This document shows positions 19,035-28,799 of a stretch of 64,000 nucleotides of DNA, in pieces; within the stretch, counting starts at the first letter, position 1; each line of letters starts with the position of its first letter. Origin of the DNA: Chloroflexota bacterium (lineage in GTDB: Bacteria; Chloroflexota; Anaerolineae; JACRMK01); NCBI GenBank assembly GCA_016235055.1, contig JACRMK010000056.1:23359-87358 (forward strand). The letters are read 5' to 3'. Position numbers and translations under genes: made by a program. The notes under the pieces are model-generated. The model did no database searches and was not told where the DNA came from. It saw nothing but the letters and a program-made list of their open reading frames with translations.

Positions 19035-19146
19035 CTCTGCATGCGAGCGCCGCGACCGCACGGTGGTATCATATATCCAGGAAGAGTGCGTGCGGCTTCT
19101 CACCGATTGCCGTCGGGCACGGACACAGTGAGCCCGAAAGGAGGCC

Positions 19147-20106
19147 ATGATGCGGAGTTTTCTGGGCCGCGACATCCTGTCGCTGAAGGATTTCGAACGT
19201 GACGATTTCACGCGTGTCTTTCAAGTCGCCAAAGACCTCGAGCCGATTGCGCGCGACCGGCGCAACAGCGACCTGCTGGCGGCCAAGACGCTCGTGACGG
19301 CATTCTACCAGCCGAGTACCCGCACCCGGCTGGCGCATGAGGCGGCCATGCACCGGCTCGGCGGCCACGTGGTCGGGTTTGCCGACTTCAAGATGACGCG
19401 CGCCGGCGACTGGTATCAGGAATCAATCAAGGATACCGTTCGCATGCTCGAGTATTACGGTGACGCAATCGTCATGCGCCATTTCCTGCAGGGCGCGCCC
19501 GCCGAGGCTGCGCGCTGGGCCAGCGTTCCGGTGATCAATGCAGGCGACGGTTGGGGCGAGCACCCCACACAGGTGCTGACCGACTTGTACACTGTGCGCG
19601 AGGAGCGCGGCCGCATCGACGGCCTGACGTTCCTCTGCATCGGCGATATGCGCATGCGGACGATGCACTCCCTCTCGTATGCGCTCACCCAGTTTGATTG
19701 CCAGGCGATCTACGTCGCGCCGCCCGACATGTCGCTGACGGACGAGTTCAAGGCCGAGTTGCGCGAGCGCAACCTGCGTTTCCGCGAGGCAGAGCATGTC
19801 GCACAAGTGATCGATCAGGCCGACGTGATCTACATGGAGCCGGTCATCCAGGCCGACTACACGCAATCGCGCGTCGAGCACGCGTCCGAGCGGCCGCATA
19901 CGCCGGATAACTATGTCGTCAGCCGCGAACTCCTGCGTGACAAGGCGCGCTCCGATGCCATCATCCTGCACTCCCTGCCGCGCATGGACGAGTTGCCCGC
20001 CGACGTGGATGGTACCCGCCATGCGCGCTACTGGCAGGAAGCGTTCAATGGCGTTGTCGTGCGCATGGCGCTGCTGGCCTTGATCCTTGGCGCGGCTGAG
20101 CGGTAA
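19147..20106 (+). CDS. Aspartate-carbamoyltransferase-like paralog, substrate uncertain
   Basis: PSTRT, VMRH, NAGDG..EHPTQ, LHSLPR; Shine-Dalgarno AAAGGAGG. The aspartate-binding motifs are altered. Confidence 0.88.
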   Translation: MMRSFLGRDILSLKDFERDDFTRVFQVAKDLEPIARDRRNSDLLAAKTLVTAFYQPSTRTRLAHEAAMHRLGGHVVGFADFKMTRAGDWYQESIKDTVRMLEYYGDAIVMRHFLQGAPAEAARWASVPVINAGDGWGEHPTQVLTDLYTVREERGRIDGLTFLCIGDMRMRTMHSLSYALTQFDCQAIYVAPPDMSLTDEFKAELRERNLRFREAEHVAQVIDQADVIYMEPVIQADYTQSRVEHASERPHTPDNYVVSRELLRDKARSDAIILHSLPRMDELPADVDGTRHARYWQEAFNGVVVRMALLALILGAAER

Positions 20107-20121
20107 TCCGCGGCGAGCGTA

Positions 20122-20308
20122 GCGCATATCCCGTCGATCGGCTTCGGTCCGGGCGACGAGGTCTACGCGCATACCACGCTCGACCAGATCAGCCTCGACG
20201 ATGTCGTGCGCGCAACCGAGTGGTATGCGCTCTTGTCCGCGCTGCTCGCGCACCACATGGCTGCAACCTCGCCCACGCCGCAACACCGCAAAGATCAGGC
20301 CGGAGTTC
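20122..20308 (+). pseudogene. Diverged 3' remnant of a ygeY homolog
   Basis: IPSIGFGPGDEVYAHTTLDQISLDDVVRATEWYAL matches 18520-18624 at 32/35 aa. No N-terminal part is present. Confidence 0.88.
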
Positions 20309-20317
20309 AATGCTCAC

Positions 20318-20351
20318 CAAAGGCGCCCAGATGCGGGCGCCTTTGTCTTTT
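20318..20351 (+). terminator. Intrinsic terminator
   Basis: CAAAGGCGCCC/GGGCGCCTTTG followed by TCTTTT. Confidence 0.75.
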
Positions 20352-20470
20352 GTGCCTGCGCCCCATGCCAATTTACCCTTCACAGGGAGTGACATTCGCC
20401 CCTTCCGCCGCACGGCAGCTTCGAGTAAACTAAGGAGCGCGCATCGTTCATGCGCTCTCGGAGGCCAGCA

Positions 20471-21187
20471 ATGAATCACCGGCGTCAAAGCAAACCGGCA
20501 GTGGACGCACACCGCAACCATTCGCGCCTTTCGGAAGTGATACTCGGCGGGCAGGACGGACTGGTCAACGTGCTCGGCGTCATTCTGGGCGTCGCCGCGG
20601 CGACCAGCGACACGTCCATTGTGCTCGTCGCCGGGCTGGCCGCCACCTTCGCCGAATCGGTGTCGATGGGCGCGGTGGCGTACACCTCGACGCTGGCCGA
20701 CGCGGAGCTGTACGAAAGCGAACGGCAGCGCGAATTCCGGCATATTACTGCGCAGCCGGATCGCGAGCGAGACGAAATCCGCCAGATCTACGCGCAGAAG
20801 GGTTTTAGCGGCGATCTGCTTGAGCGGATCGTGAACACGATCACGGCCAGTCCGGACGTCTGGGTGGCCGTCATGATGGCTGAGGAGATGCGCCTGATGC
20901 CGTCGGATCGCGGCCACGCACTACGCTCGGCGTTCGTCGTCGGCTTCGCCGCGATTGTCGGCTCGCTGATCCCGCTGGCGCCCTACATCTGGCTTCCGGT
21001 CGGCACCAGCATGCTGCTGTCGCTCATCATCGCTGCCCTGACGCTATTTGTGGTCGGTGCCTACAAAGCGCGCACGACCGTCGGGCACCCGGGGCGCAGC
21101 GGGCTGGAAATGGCCCTGATCGGCACGCTCAGTGCGCTGGCCGGCTATCTGGCTGGCGTGATCTTCAAAGTACCGGCGGCGCCATAA
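20471..21187 (+). CDS. VIT1/CCC1 family Fe/Mn transporter
   Basis: VILGGQDGLV, AESVSMG, acidic loop ERQRE..ERDEI..MMAEE; Shine-Dalgarno GGAGG. Confidence 0.93.
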   Translation: MNHRRQSKPAVDAHRNHSRLSEVILGGQDGLVNVLGVILGVAAATSDTSIVLVAGLAATFAESVSMGAVAYTSTLADAELYESERQREFRHITAQPDRERDEIRQIYAQKGFSGDLLERIVNTITASPDVWVAVMMAEEMRLMPSDRGHALRSAFVVGFAAIVGSLIPLAPYIWLPVGTSMLLSLIIAALTLFVVGAYKARTTVGHPGRSGLEMALIGTLSALAGYLAGVIFKVPAAP

Positions 21188-21211
21188 CGCCGCACGGCCG
21201 AAGGGGGCACG

Positions 21212-21673
21212 ATGTATAACCGCATCCTGGTGCCGCTCGATGGATCGGCGCTGGCCGAGGCTGCGCTGCCGCACGCGCACATGCTGGCGGCTCCGGCCAA
21301 CGGCGAGATCATCCTGCTGCGCGTGGTGACCTATTCGCTACACGACATCGCGGAACACGACCCGCACATGGACGGCACGCTGGCAGACGATTTGAAGGCG
21401 GTGCGCGCCGACGCCGAGTTGTACCTGCACCGGCTCGCCACCCGGCTGCAACCGCGGGAGCGCGTGCGCGCAATCGTGCTGGACAATGCCCGCGCTGCCG
21501 ACGCCATCATCGCTTGCGCTTCCGAGCAGGCGGTTGACCTGATCGTCATGACGACCCACGGGCGCACCGGCGTAGTTCGCTGGCTACTGGGCAGCGTCGC
21601 CGACCGCGTCGCCCGTCAAGCGCGCGCGCCGGTGCTGCTGGTTCGCTCGACGCCGGTCGCGAGAGCGGCGTGA
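21212..21673 (+). CDS. Universal stress protein
   Basis: ILVPLDGS, DLIVMTTHGRTG...LGSVA..V....PVLLV. Confidence 0.95.
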   Translation: MYNRILVPLDGSALAEAALPHAHMLAAPANGEIILLRVVTYSLHDIAEHDPHMDGTLADDLKAVRADAELYLHRLATRLQPRERVRAIVLDNARAADAIIACASEQAVDLIVMTTHGRTGVVRWLLGSVADRVARQARAPVLLVRSTPVARAA

Positions 21674-21729
21674 GCGGGCATCGTCCGGTCGTTTGTGACA
21701 TCGCTGCCATTCGGTTAAAATGGCCTATA

Positions 21730-22155
21730 ATGACGCGCGACGAACTATCGCAACTGACGTTCGATCAACTGGTGGACCTCATCTTGCACCTGCAGGCTGA
21801 AGCGGCCCGCCTGCAGGTGCGCATAGCCGAATTGGAAATGCACGGCCCTGTGACTTCGACCGCGCCGGCCGTTCCTTCCGCCACACCGGAGATCCGTTGG
21901 AACAGCGCGGCCGCCGGCGCGCCGGAACCACAAGGCCCGGTGCTGACGACACAGGCCATCGAGGATCATGTGCATGTGCGGCGCTCGCGGCACCATCGCC
22001 CGTGGTACAAGAAGCTGTGGCGCGCCGTCCGTCCGCAGAACGCTAGACTGAGCATTACCGTTATCGCAACCACCATCGTCGTTATCGCGCTGTCAGTGGC
22101 CATTGTCTTCTGGCTCCCGCAACTGCGGCTGACCGATTTGATCAGAACCCGCTAG
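21730..22155 (+). CDS. Hypothetical protein: N-terminal coiled coil, low-complexity linker, His/Arg patch, C-terminal TM
   Basis: MTRDELSQLTFDQLVDLILHLQAEAARLQVRIAELE...HVHVRRSRHHRPW...ITVIATTIVVIALSVAIVFW. Confidence 0.7.
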   Translation: MTRDELSQLTFDQLVDLILHLQAEAARLQVRIAELEMHGPVTSTAPAVPSATPEIRWNSAAAGAPEPQGPVLTTQAIEDHVHVRRSRHHRPWYKKLWRAVRPQNARLSITVIATTIVVIALSVAIVFWLPQLRLTDLIRTR

Positions 22156-22189
22156 CCGCCGACTAGTCAGCTATGCTATCATCCGCAGC

Positions 22190-23173
22190 GTGATCATCTC
22201 CCGCACCCCCCTGCGCGTCAGTTTCGTCGGCGGCGGCAGCGATCTGGCGGCGTACTACCAGTGTGCGCCCGGCGCCGTCGTCAGCACCGCGATCGACAAA
22301 TACATCTACATCACGGTCAACCGCAAGTTTGACAGCCGCATCCGCGCGAGTTATTCCGTCACGGAAATCGTCGATAGCGTGGGCATGGTGAAGCACGAGT
22401 TGATCCGCGAGGCGCTGAAACTGGTCGGGGTTGATGGCGGCATCGAGATTACATCAATCTCGGACATTCCGTCTGAAGGCACGGGACTCGGTTCCTCCAG
22501 CACGTACACGGTCGGACTGCTGACCGCGTTGTACGGTTACATCGGGCGGCACGTGGGAGCCGAGCGGCTGGCGCGCGAGGCGTGCGAAATCGAAATCGAG
22601 CGGTGCGGACGTCCGATTGGCAAGCAGGATCAGTACATAGCTGCCTATGGCGGCCTGCAGTATCTGCGATTCAACCCGGATGAGAGCGTCTTCGTTAATC
22701 CGATCATTTGCCCGCCCGCTCTGCGGCAGACGCTGCAATCCCGACTGATGCTCATGTACATGGGCACGACCCGCGCCTCCAGCGCGATTCTGGCCGAGCA
22801 GCGCTCGAACACGGAGCACGACGCCGGTAACCGGCGCGTGCTGGGGCACATGGTCGCACAGGCCGACGCACTGCGCGCCGCGCTCAATCAGCAGGACCTC
22901 GATGCGTTTGGCGGCATCCTGCACGACGGCTGGCTGGCCAAGAAGCAGTTGGCGTCCGGGATCAGCAACGGGCAGATTGATGAGTGGTATGACCGCGCGC
23001 GCGCCGCCGGGGCCGTCGGCGGCAAGGTACTTGGCGCGGGCGGCGGCGGGTTCCTGCTGCTGTATGCGCCACCGGAACGGCAGGCCGCCATCGAGCGCGC
23101 TCTGCCGGAACTGCGGCGCATCGGTTTCGGCTTTGAGCCGCAAGGCTCCAAGATTATCTACGTCGAGGATTGA
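22190..23173 (+). CDS. GHMP sugar kinase, HddA-like (heptose-7-phosphate kinase)
   Basis: SRTPLRVSFVGGGSD, GTGLGSSS, GKQDQY, GGKVLGAGGGG. Confidence 0.9.
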   Translation: MIISRTPLRVSFVGGGSDLAAYYQCAPGAVVSTAIDKYIYITVNRKFDSRIRASYSVTEIVDSVGMVKHELIREALKLVGVDGGIEITSISDIPSEGTGLGSSSTYTVGLLTALYGYIGRHVGAERLAREACEIEIERCGRPIGKQDQYIAAYGGLQYLRFNPDESVFVNPIICPPALRQTLQSRLMLMYMGTTRASSAILAEQRSNTEHDAGNRRVLGHMVAQADALRAALNQQDLDAFGGILHDGWLAKKQLASGISNGQIDEWYDRARAAGAVGGKVLGAGGGGFLLLYAPPERQAAIERALPELRRIGFGFEPQGSKIIYVED

Positions 23174-23176
23174 AGC

Positions 23177-23926
23177 ATGGCGACCGCCGCGGGCCGACCG
23201 CCCTCCGCCCGCCTCTACCTGGATCGCCAGGCAGCCAGCCTGCCGCGCTATGTATGGGAGCAAGCGCTGATGGCGCTGGCCGGATGGGTGCCAACAATTG
23301 CCGGAATCGCTTTGCGCGGGCTGCTCTACCGCTTCATGCTGCGCATGGACGGCATGGCCGCCATCGAAGCGGGCGTGCGGCTGCGCTTTGCCGGCAACAT
23401 CCGGCTGGGCCGGCGCGTGTACCTCGACGAGGGTGTGTATATTCATGCCTGCCCGGCCGGCGTCACGATCGGCGACGACACGCTGGTCATGCACGGCTCG
23501 GTGCTGCACGTATATAACTTCCGGGGCATACCGCAGTCGGGCATTCGTGTCGGACGCCACAGCCTCATCGGCGAGTATAATGTTATTCGCGGGCAGGGCG
23601 GCGTGACGATCGGCGACCGGGTCTATACGTCGCCGCACTGCCAGCTCATCGCCGTCAACCATGTCTTCGATGACCCGGCACGCCCGTTCGTCGAGCAGGG
23701 CATCACGGCGCAGGGAATCGTCATTGAGGACGATGTGTGGATCGGCAGTGGCGCGCTGATATTGGATGGCGTGCGCGTCGGACGCGGCGCGGTCGTCGCC
23801 GCCGGCGCAGTCGTCACCAAAGACGTGCCGGCGCATACCGTGGTCGGCGGCGTGCCGGCGCGGGTCATCCGGGAGATTGATGGGACCAGCACGGTGCCCG
23901 ACGGGGTAGCCGTCTATTCGCTCTAA
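23177..23926 (+). CDS. Hexapeptide-repeat (LbH) acyltransferase
   Basis: [36 protein letters not shown]. Confidence 0.92.
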   Translation: MATAAGRPPSARLYLDRQAASLPRYVWEQALMALAGWVPTIAGIALRGLLYRFMLRMDGMAAIEAGVRLRFAGNIRLGRRVYLDEGVYIHACPAGVTIGDDTLVMHGSVLHVYNFRGIPQSGIRVGRHSLIGEYNVIRGQGGVTIGDRVYTSPHCQLIAVNHVFDDPARPFVEQGITAQGIVIEDDVWIGSGALILDGVRVGRGAVVAAGAVVTKDVPAHTVVGGVPARVIREIDGTSTVPDGVAVYSL

Positions 23927-23927
23927 C

Positions 23928-25151
23928 ATGCACACCTTATCGATTGTCATTCCAGCCTACAACGAGGAGCACGGCATCGCGCACATTGTCGAGCGCGTGC
24001 TGGCCGTACGCCCTGAGTTGGCCAACGCCGGTTGGGACGCCGAACTCGTCGTGGTGGACGACGGTTCACGTGACCACACCGCTGACGTCGTCGCTGGCTA
24101 TCCCTTGGTGCGCCTGATCCGCCACCCGCGCAACCGCGGCTATGGCGCGGCCATCAAGACCGGTTTCCGCTCCAGCCAGAGCGACTACGTGGCGTTTCTC
24201 GACGCGGACGGCACCTACCCGCCGGAGAGCTTTCCCGCGTTGTGCCGCGCGGCGCAGGACGCCGACGTGGTCGTCGGATCGCGCATGAGCGGGGCGCGCA
24301 GCGACATGCCGCTGACGCGGCGCATCGGCAACACGGTCTTCGCCATGCTGCTGAGTCTGATCGGCAACGTGCCGGTGCGCGACACCGCCAGCGGTCAGCG
24401 GATCGTGCGACGCTCGGTGCTGCCGCGCCTGTACCCGCTGCCGGACGGCCTGCAGTTCACGCCGGCCATGAGCACGCGCGCAATCCACGAAAACCTCAAG
24501 ATCGTTGAAGTGCCGATTTCATACGCTGAGCGCGTTGGACGCTCGAAGCTATCCGTGGTGCGCGACGGGGTGCGCTTCACCCGCGCCATTGTCTGGACGG
24601 CGCTCGCCTACAACCCGGTGCGCATCCTCGGCATCGGCGCGCTGGCGGCGCTCGCGGTCGCGCTACTGATCGGCGCGTATATGTTGTTCTTGCGCCTGAG
24701 CGGCGTCACGACGCTGACGGCGTCACAGGTGTTCCTGGTGTTCGGCGCGGCTCTGTTGGTGGTAGCGGGCATCAACCTCTTCTCGCTCGGCGCGATGTTC
24801 AACTACCTGGTTGCGCTCTTCCACCGCCAGCCGGTGCGGCAAGGGCTGTTCGGCAAGCCGATCTTCTCACCGCCGCTCGACTACCAGTTCGGGTGGATGG
24901 GGCTGGCGGCGATTGGCCTCGGCACGCTCATGGGTACCGGCGCGTTCATCGCCAGCTTCAGCGGATGGGAAATCGAGCGCCTCTGGTTCTACCTGCTTAT
25001 CGGCGCGTCGCTGGTCATCGTCGGCATTCAACTGGCCGTCGCATGGGTCGTGATGCGCGTGCTGGAGGAACTGGCCCAGCGCGATGCCGACGCGCAGCGC
25101 GATCTGATTGAACCCGGCATCACCGCCGCAGCCGAAGACCCTGCGGCGTAG
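23928..25151 (+). CDS. GT2 glycosyltransferase (DPM1-like) with C-terminal TMs
   Basis: IPAYNEE, VVDDGS.D, NRGYG, DADG, R.G.SKL. Confidence 0.93.
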   Translation: MHTLSIVIPAYNEEHGIAHIVERVLAVRPELANAGWDAELVVVDDGSRDHTADVVAGYPLVRLIRHPRNRGYGAAIKTGFRSSQSDYVAFLDADGTYPPESFPALCRAAQDADVVVGSRMSGARSDMPLTRRIGNTVFAMLLSLIGNVPVRDTASGQRIVRRSVLPRLYPLPDGLQFTPAMSTRAIHENLKIVEVPISYAERVGRSKLSVVRDGVRFTRAIVWTALAYNPVRILGIGALAALAVALLIGAYMLFLRLSGVTTLTASQVFLVFGAALLVVAGINLFSLGAMFNYLVALFHRQPVRQGLFGKPIFSPPLDYQFGWMGLAAIGLGTLMGTGAFIASFSGWEIERLWFYLLIGASLVIVGIQLAVAWVVMRVLEELAQRDADAQRDLIEPGITAAAEDPAA

Positions 25152-25188
25152 CGCGGTGCCGGCGCATCAACAAGGGGAAGAAGGAAGC

Positions 25189-26841
25189 ATGCCTGAATCT
25201 GATACACAAATCAATCTGGGCACGCGCACGCGCGAAATCGTGCGCGCGCCTAAGTTCCCGGACGCCGGCGCCGCCGTGCGCGAGCATATCACGGCGCGCG
25301 AGCGTCCCGCCACGGCCGTCGACGTGCTGCTCGTCAACCCGCCGGCGCCGGACGGCGGCATCTGGATTCGCAGCCAGCACCGTGTTGGGCGCAAGAGCCG
25401 CGAGAACATGATCTGGCCGCAGGTCTCGCTGGCGCAGATGGCCGCGCTGCTGGCGCCCGATTACACGGTCGCCATCATCGACGCCATCGCCGAGCGCATG
25501 ACCTGGCCTCAGTTCGAGGCGCGTCTGCGCGCGGCGATGCCAAAGTACTACCTCACTCAGGTGACCGCGCCGACGCTGCAGAACGACATGTACGGCGTCT
25601 TCCTGGCCAAGTCGCTCGGCGCGCGGACGATGGCCATGGGCACGCATGTCACACCGATGTGGCGCGAAACGCTGGAGCCCTACCCGGCGCTCGACTTCGT
25701 GTTGCAGGGCGAGCCGGAGATGACCCTGCGCGAGGTGATCGACGCCTTCGAAGGGCGCGAGCCGTCCAGCGAGAACATCCGCCGCCTGCTGACCGGCACC
25801 GGCTCCAACGTGCCCACCCAGTTCGTCTCGCAGAACGGCGGGGACCTGTCACATATCAAGGGCCTGGGCTGGCGGCGCGGCGCGGAGATCACGCTCAATA
25901 CCCCGCGCCCGTTCATCCCGAATCTGGACGACCTGCCGATCCCGCTGCATCACCTGCTCCCGCTGGACAAGTACCGCATGCCGATGATGAAGAGCGCGTA
26001 CACGTTCATCGTCTCCTCGCGCGGGTGCAGCGCCGGCTGCACCTACTGCATCAAGCACGTCTCGTACCAGTGGACGCTGCGCCTGCGCTCGCCGGAGAAT
26101 ATCGTCAAAGAGCTGTGGGTGCTGAAGAAACTCGGCATCAACTACATCCACATGTACGCCGATCTGTTCACCCTGTCGCGCAACCAGGTGGTCGAGTTGT
26201 GCCGCTTGATCATCGACCAGAAACTGGACATCAAGTGGACGTGCAACAGCCGCGTGGATTATGTGGACGCGGAGATGTTGTCGCTGATGGGCCGCGCGGG
26301 CTGCTGGATGATCTCGTGGGGTATCGAGTCGGGCAACGAGGCGATCCTTCACCACGCGCGCAAGGGCGCCGACCCGCAAAAAGCGCGACGGGCGCTCACC
26401 TGGGCGCGCGCAGCCGGCATCAAGAACTGGGGCTACTTCATCATCGGCCTGCCCGGCGAAACGGAACTGACCATCCGTGAATCGATCGAGTTCTCCAAGC
26501 AGTTGCCGCTCGATATCGCCCTGTTCCATATCGCCGCGCCGTACCCCGGCACGCCGTTCTTCTTCGAGGTCGTAAGAAATGGCTGGTTCCGCCCCGGCAC
26601 GCGCTGGGAAGAAGTCGATATGGATCGCTCGACCGTGCTCGACTATCCGCATCTGAAGGCCGAGCGGCTGGAGTACTGGCAGAAGCGCGCCTTCCGCGAG
26701 TGGGCCTATCGTCCCGGCCCGATTCTGACGTTCCTCAAGGGCATGAACTCATGGGAAGGGCTGAAATCGGCGCTCGATATCGCCTTCCAACACTTCACCT
26801 GGGCCAGCGATACGCCGCTCGCCGGCGACTCGGCTACGTGA
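25189..26841 (+). CDS. B12-binding-domain radical SAM enzyme (HpnJ/BchE-like superfamily)
   Basis: SRGCSAGCTYC (CxxxCxxC), G.H, GEPE, GIESG, FIIGLPGET, PYPGT. Confidence 0.93.
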   Translation: MPESDTQINLGTRTREIVRAPKFPDAGAAVREHITARERPATAVDVLLVNPPAPDGGIWIRSQHRVGRKSRENMIWPQVSLAQMAALLAPDYTVAIIDAIAERMTWPQFEARLRAAMPKYYLTQVTAPTLQNDMYGVFLAKSLGARTMAMGTHVTPMWRETLEPYPALDFVLQGEPEMTLREVIDAFEGREPSSENIRRLLTGTGSNVPTQFVSQNGGDLSHIKGLGWRRGAEITLNTPRPFIPNLDDLPIPLHHLLPLDKYRMPMMKSAYTFIVSSRGCSAGCTYCIKHVSYQWTLRLRSPENIVKELWVLKKLGINYIHMYADLFTLSRNQVVELCRLIIDQKLDIKWTCNSRVDYVDAEMLSLMGRAGCWMISWGIESGNEAILHHARKGADPQKARRALTWARAAGIKNWGYFIIGLPGETELTIRESIEFSKQLPLDIALFHIAAPYPGTPFFFEVVRNGWFRPGTRWEEVDMDRSTVLDYPHLKAERLEYWQKRAFREWAYRPGPILTFLKGMNSWEGLKSALDIAFQHFTWASDTPLAGDSAT

Positions 26842-26854
26842 GCCGTCTCGCTGA

Positions 26855-28759
26855 GTGAGCGTGCCCGTGTCTCGACAACCCCAAAGCTCCGAAGCGCCTT
26901 CGCTGACCGTACAGTTGCTGCCTGCGCTGGACATCGGTCTCGCCGTACTGGCCGGCGCGATCTGGTACATCCGGCCGCAGGAAGGCGCCTGGCCGCTGGC
27001 GCTGATCGGCGTGGCGTGGCTGCTGCGCACCCTCGCGTACGGCAGCCCCACGCGCCCCACGCCCTTCGACCTGCCGATGGTCATCTTCCTGGCCAGCGCC
27101 TTCGCATCGGCCACGGTCGGGTACAACCAGGACCCGCGCTGGGCCGATGGGCCGACGCCGCTCATGTGGGCGTGGGCCAAATACTGGACGCTCGTCGCGG
27201 CGGTGGCGCTCTTTTTCGCGGTTGCCAACCTGCGCACGCCATCCGCCGTGCGCGGCGCCGCGCTCGGCATGTTCGTGCTGGCCGTCGCCATCAGTATCTA
27301 CTTCGTGCTGACAAACGACTGGGGCGCGCGGGGCGGCAAGGTCGATGCGCTCTCGCAGATCGGCGCTTGGCTGGCTGAACCCGCGCCGGAGATCGCCGGC
27401 CGCCGCCTAAATCCCAATGTCGCAGGTGGCATTATTGCACTGGCCGTGCCATTCGGCATCGTGGTGTGGATCGAAGCGCGCCGCCGCATCGCGTTGCGTA
27501 TCCTGTGGAGCATCGCTTTGGCGATCGCCGGCGCGGGCTTGTTGCTCTCGGCGTCGCGCGGGGCGTGGCTGGCGCTGGCTGTGGCCCTGCTTGGATGGGC
27601 GCTGGCACGGCAGTTCTCGGCGCTGCGGCAGAATCGCTCGGTCGTGCGCGCTGCCCTGCTCGCCTTGACGCTGATCTGCGTCGGCGTCGTGCTCGGCACG
27701 GCTGTTGACCGAGGCAGCTTCGGCAGCCTGCCCGTGGCGGCTCCGGCCGGCGTTTCGGGTTTCGGCAGCGGATCGGTCATCGGGCGCGTAACGCTCTGGC
27801 AAGGCGGCATCGGACTGGCGCAGGACTACATCTTCACCGGCGCAGGGCTGGGCGCGCTGCCGATGCAGATCTCTGCGTACGCTCTGTTGCTGCCCGTCCT
27901 GTATGTGCCTCACGTGCACAACACGTTCCTCAATATTCTCATCGAGCAGGGGCTGCCGGGCGCCGTGGCGTTGATCTGGCTCCTGCTTGTCGCCATAGTC
28001 GCCAGTTGGCGCGCCACGAGAAACTCCGGGAACACGTCCGCAGATCAATCACGCCGACTGATGCGGGAGGCCGCGTTGGTCAGCCTGGCCGTGATGCTGC
28101 TGCATGGGTTGGTGGACGATGTGCCGTTCGGCTCACGTGGCATGCTCTTGCTGTTTGTCCCGCTCGGCATGATCGCGGCTTTGCACGGCGGCGCCAGGTC
28201 AGCTTTCGGACGCCTGCCCCTGCGGGTGATTGCGATTGCCGCAGCGCTGCTATTCGTCACCGCCCTATGGCAGCGCGATGCCATAGTCGCCACCGCATAC
28301 GCGAATCTCGGAGCGCTGGCCCAGTCACGCGCAGAACTGGCGGGCTATCGCGTTCCAGACCGGTTGCCGGAGACGCTCCGGCGCGAGGCCCCGCTCGATG
28401 AAGCGATTGCCGCCTACCGTCAGGCGCTGGCGCTCGATCCGGGCAACCGCACCGCCAATCAGCGCATGGGCATGATTGCGCTGGCACGCGGGCAATACGA
28501 TGCCGCCATGAGCTACATCGAGGCCGCGTACCGCCGCGACCCGGCGAATGAAACACTCCGCATGTTGATGGGCGACGCCGCTCTGGCCGCCGGCCGGGCG
28601 GACGACGCGTACACATTCTGGGTGCGCGCGCCGGACGCGCCGTCGCGCCTTGAATTGACGGCATCACTGCGGTACGATAAACTCAATGATCTGGAGCGTG
28701 CCGCAGCGGCACGCGCGCTTGCGGCGCGCATCGCGTCAGAGCGTTCCAAGGGCCATTAG
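26855..28759 (+). CDS. O-antigen ligase (Wzy_C) family protein with C-terminal TPRs
   Basis: About 12 TMs, NPN, SRGAW, R..LW, GAGLG, HVHN.FL...EQG..G; TPR AIAAYRQALALDP.N. Confidence 0.88.
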   Translation: MSVPVSRQPQSSEAPSLTVQLLPALDIGLAVLAGAIWYIRPQEGAWPLALIGVAWLLRTLAYGSPTRPTPFDLPMVIFLASAFASATVGYNQDPRWADGPTPLMWAWAKYWTLVAAVALFFAVANLRTPSAVRGAALGMFVLAVAISIYFVLTNDWGARGGKVDALSQIGAWLAEPAPEIAGRRLNPNVAGGIIALAVPFGIVVWIEARRRIALRILWSIALAIAGAGLLLSASRGAWLALAVALLGWALARQFSALRQNRSVVRAALLALTLICVGVVLGTAVDRGSFGSLPVAAPAGVSGFGSGSVIGRVTLWQGGIGLAQDYIFTGAGLGALPMQISAYALLLPVLYVPHVHNTFLNILIEQGLPGAVALIWLLLVAIVASWRATRNSGNTSADQSRRLMREAALVSLAVMLLHGLVDDVPFGSRGMLLLFVPLGMIAALHGGARSAFGRLPLRVIAIAAALLFVTALWQRDAIVATAYANLGALAQSRAELAGYRVPDRLPETLRREAPLDEAIAAYRQALALDPGNRTANQRMGMIALARGQYDAAMSYIEAAYRRDPANETLRMLMGDAALAAGRADDAYTFWVRAPDAPSRLELTASLRYDKLNDLERAAAARALAARIASERSKGH

Positions 28760-28799
28760 CCTGCCGCTTCACTATTGCGAGTCTCGTTCGATCTTGATT

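Noticed and set aside
18718..19211. Similar short ORFs at 7.9-8.3, 18.7-19.2 and 43.6-44.0 kb (QQFSFWSRLP.CPLIPCPFSP) that look like a gene family
   Set aside because: They are translations of the MITE in several frames, with no consistent start or stop.
19147..20106. Labelling the gene pyrB or ygeW
   Set aside because: The aspartate-binding motifs are missing and the length and motifs do not fit YgeW, so no symbol was assigned.
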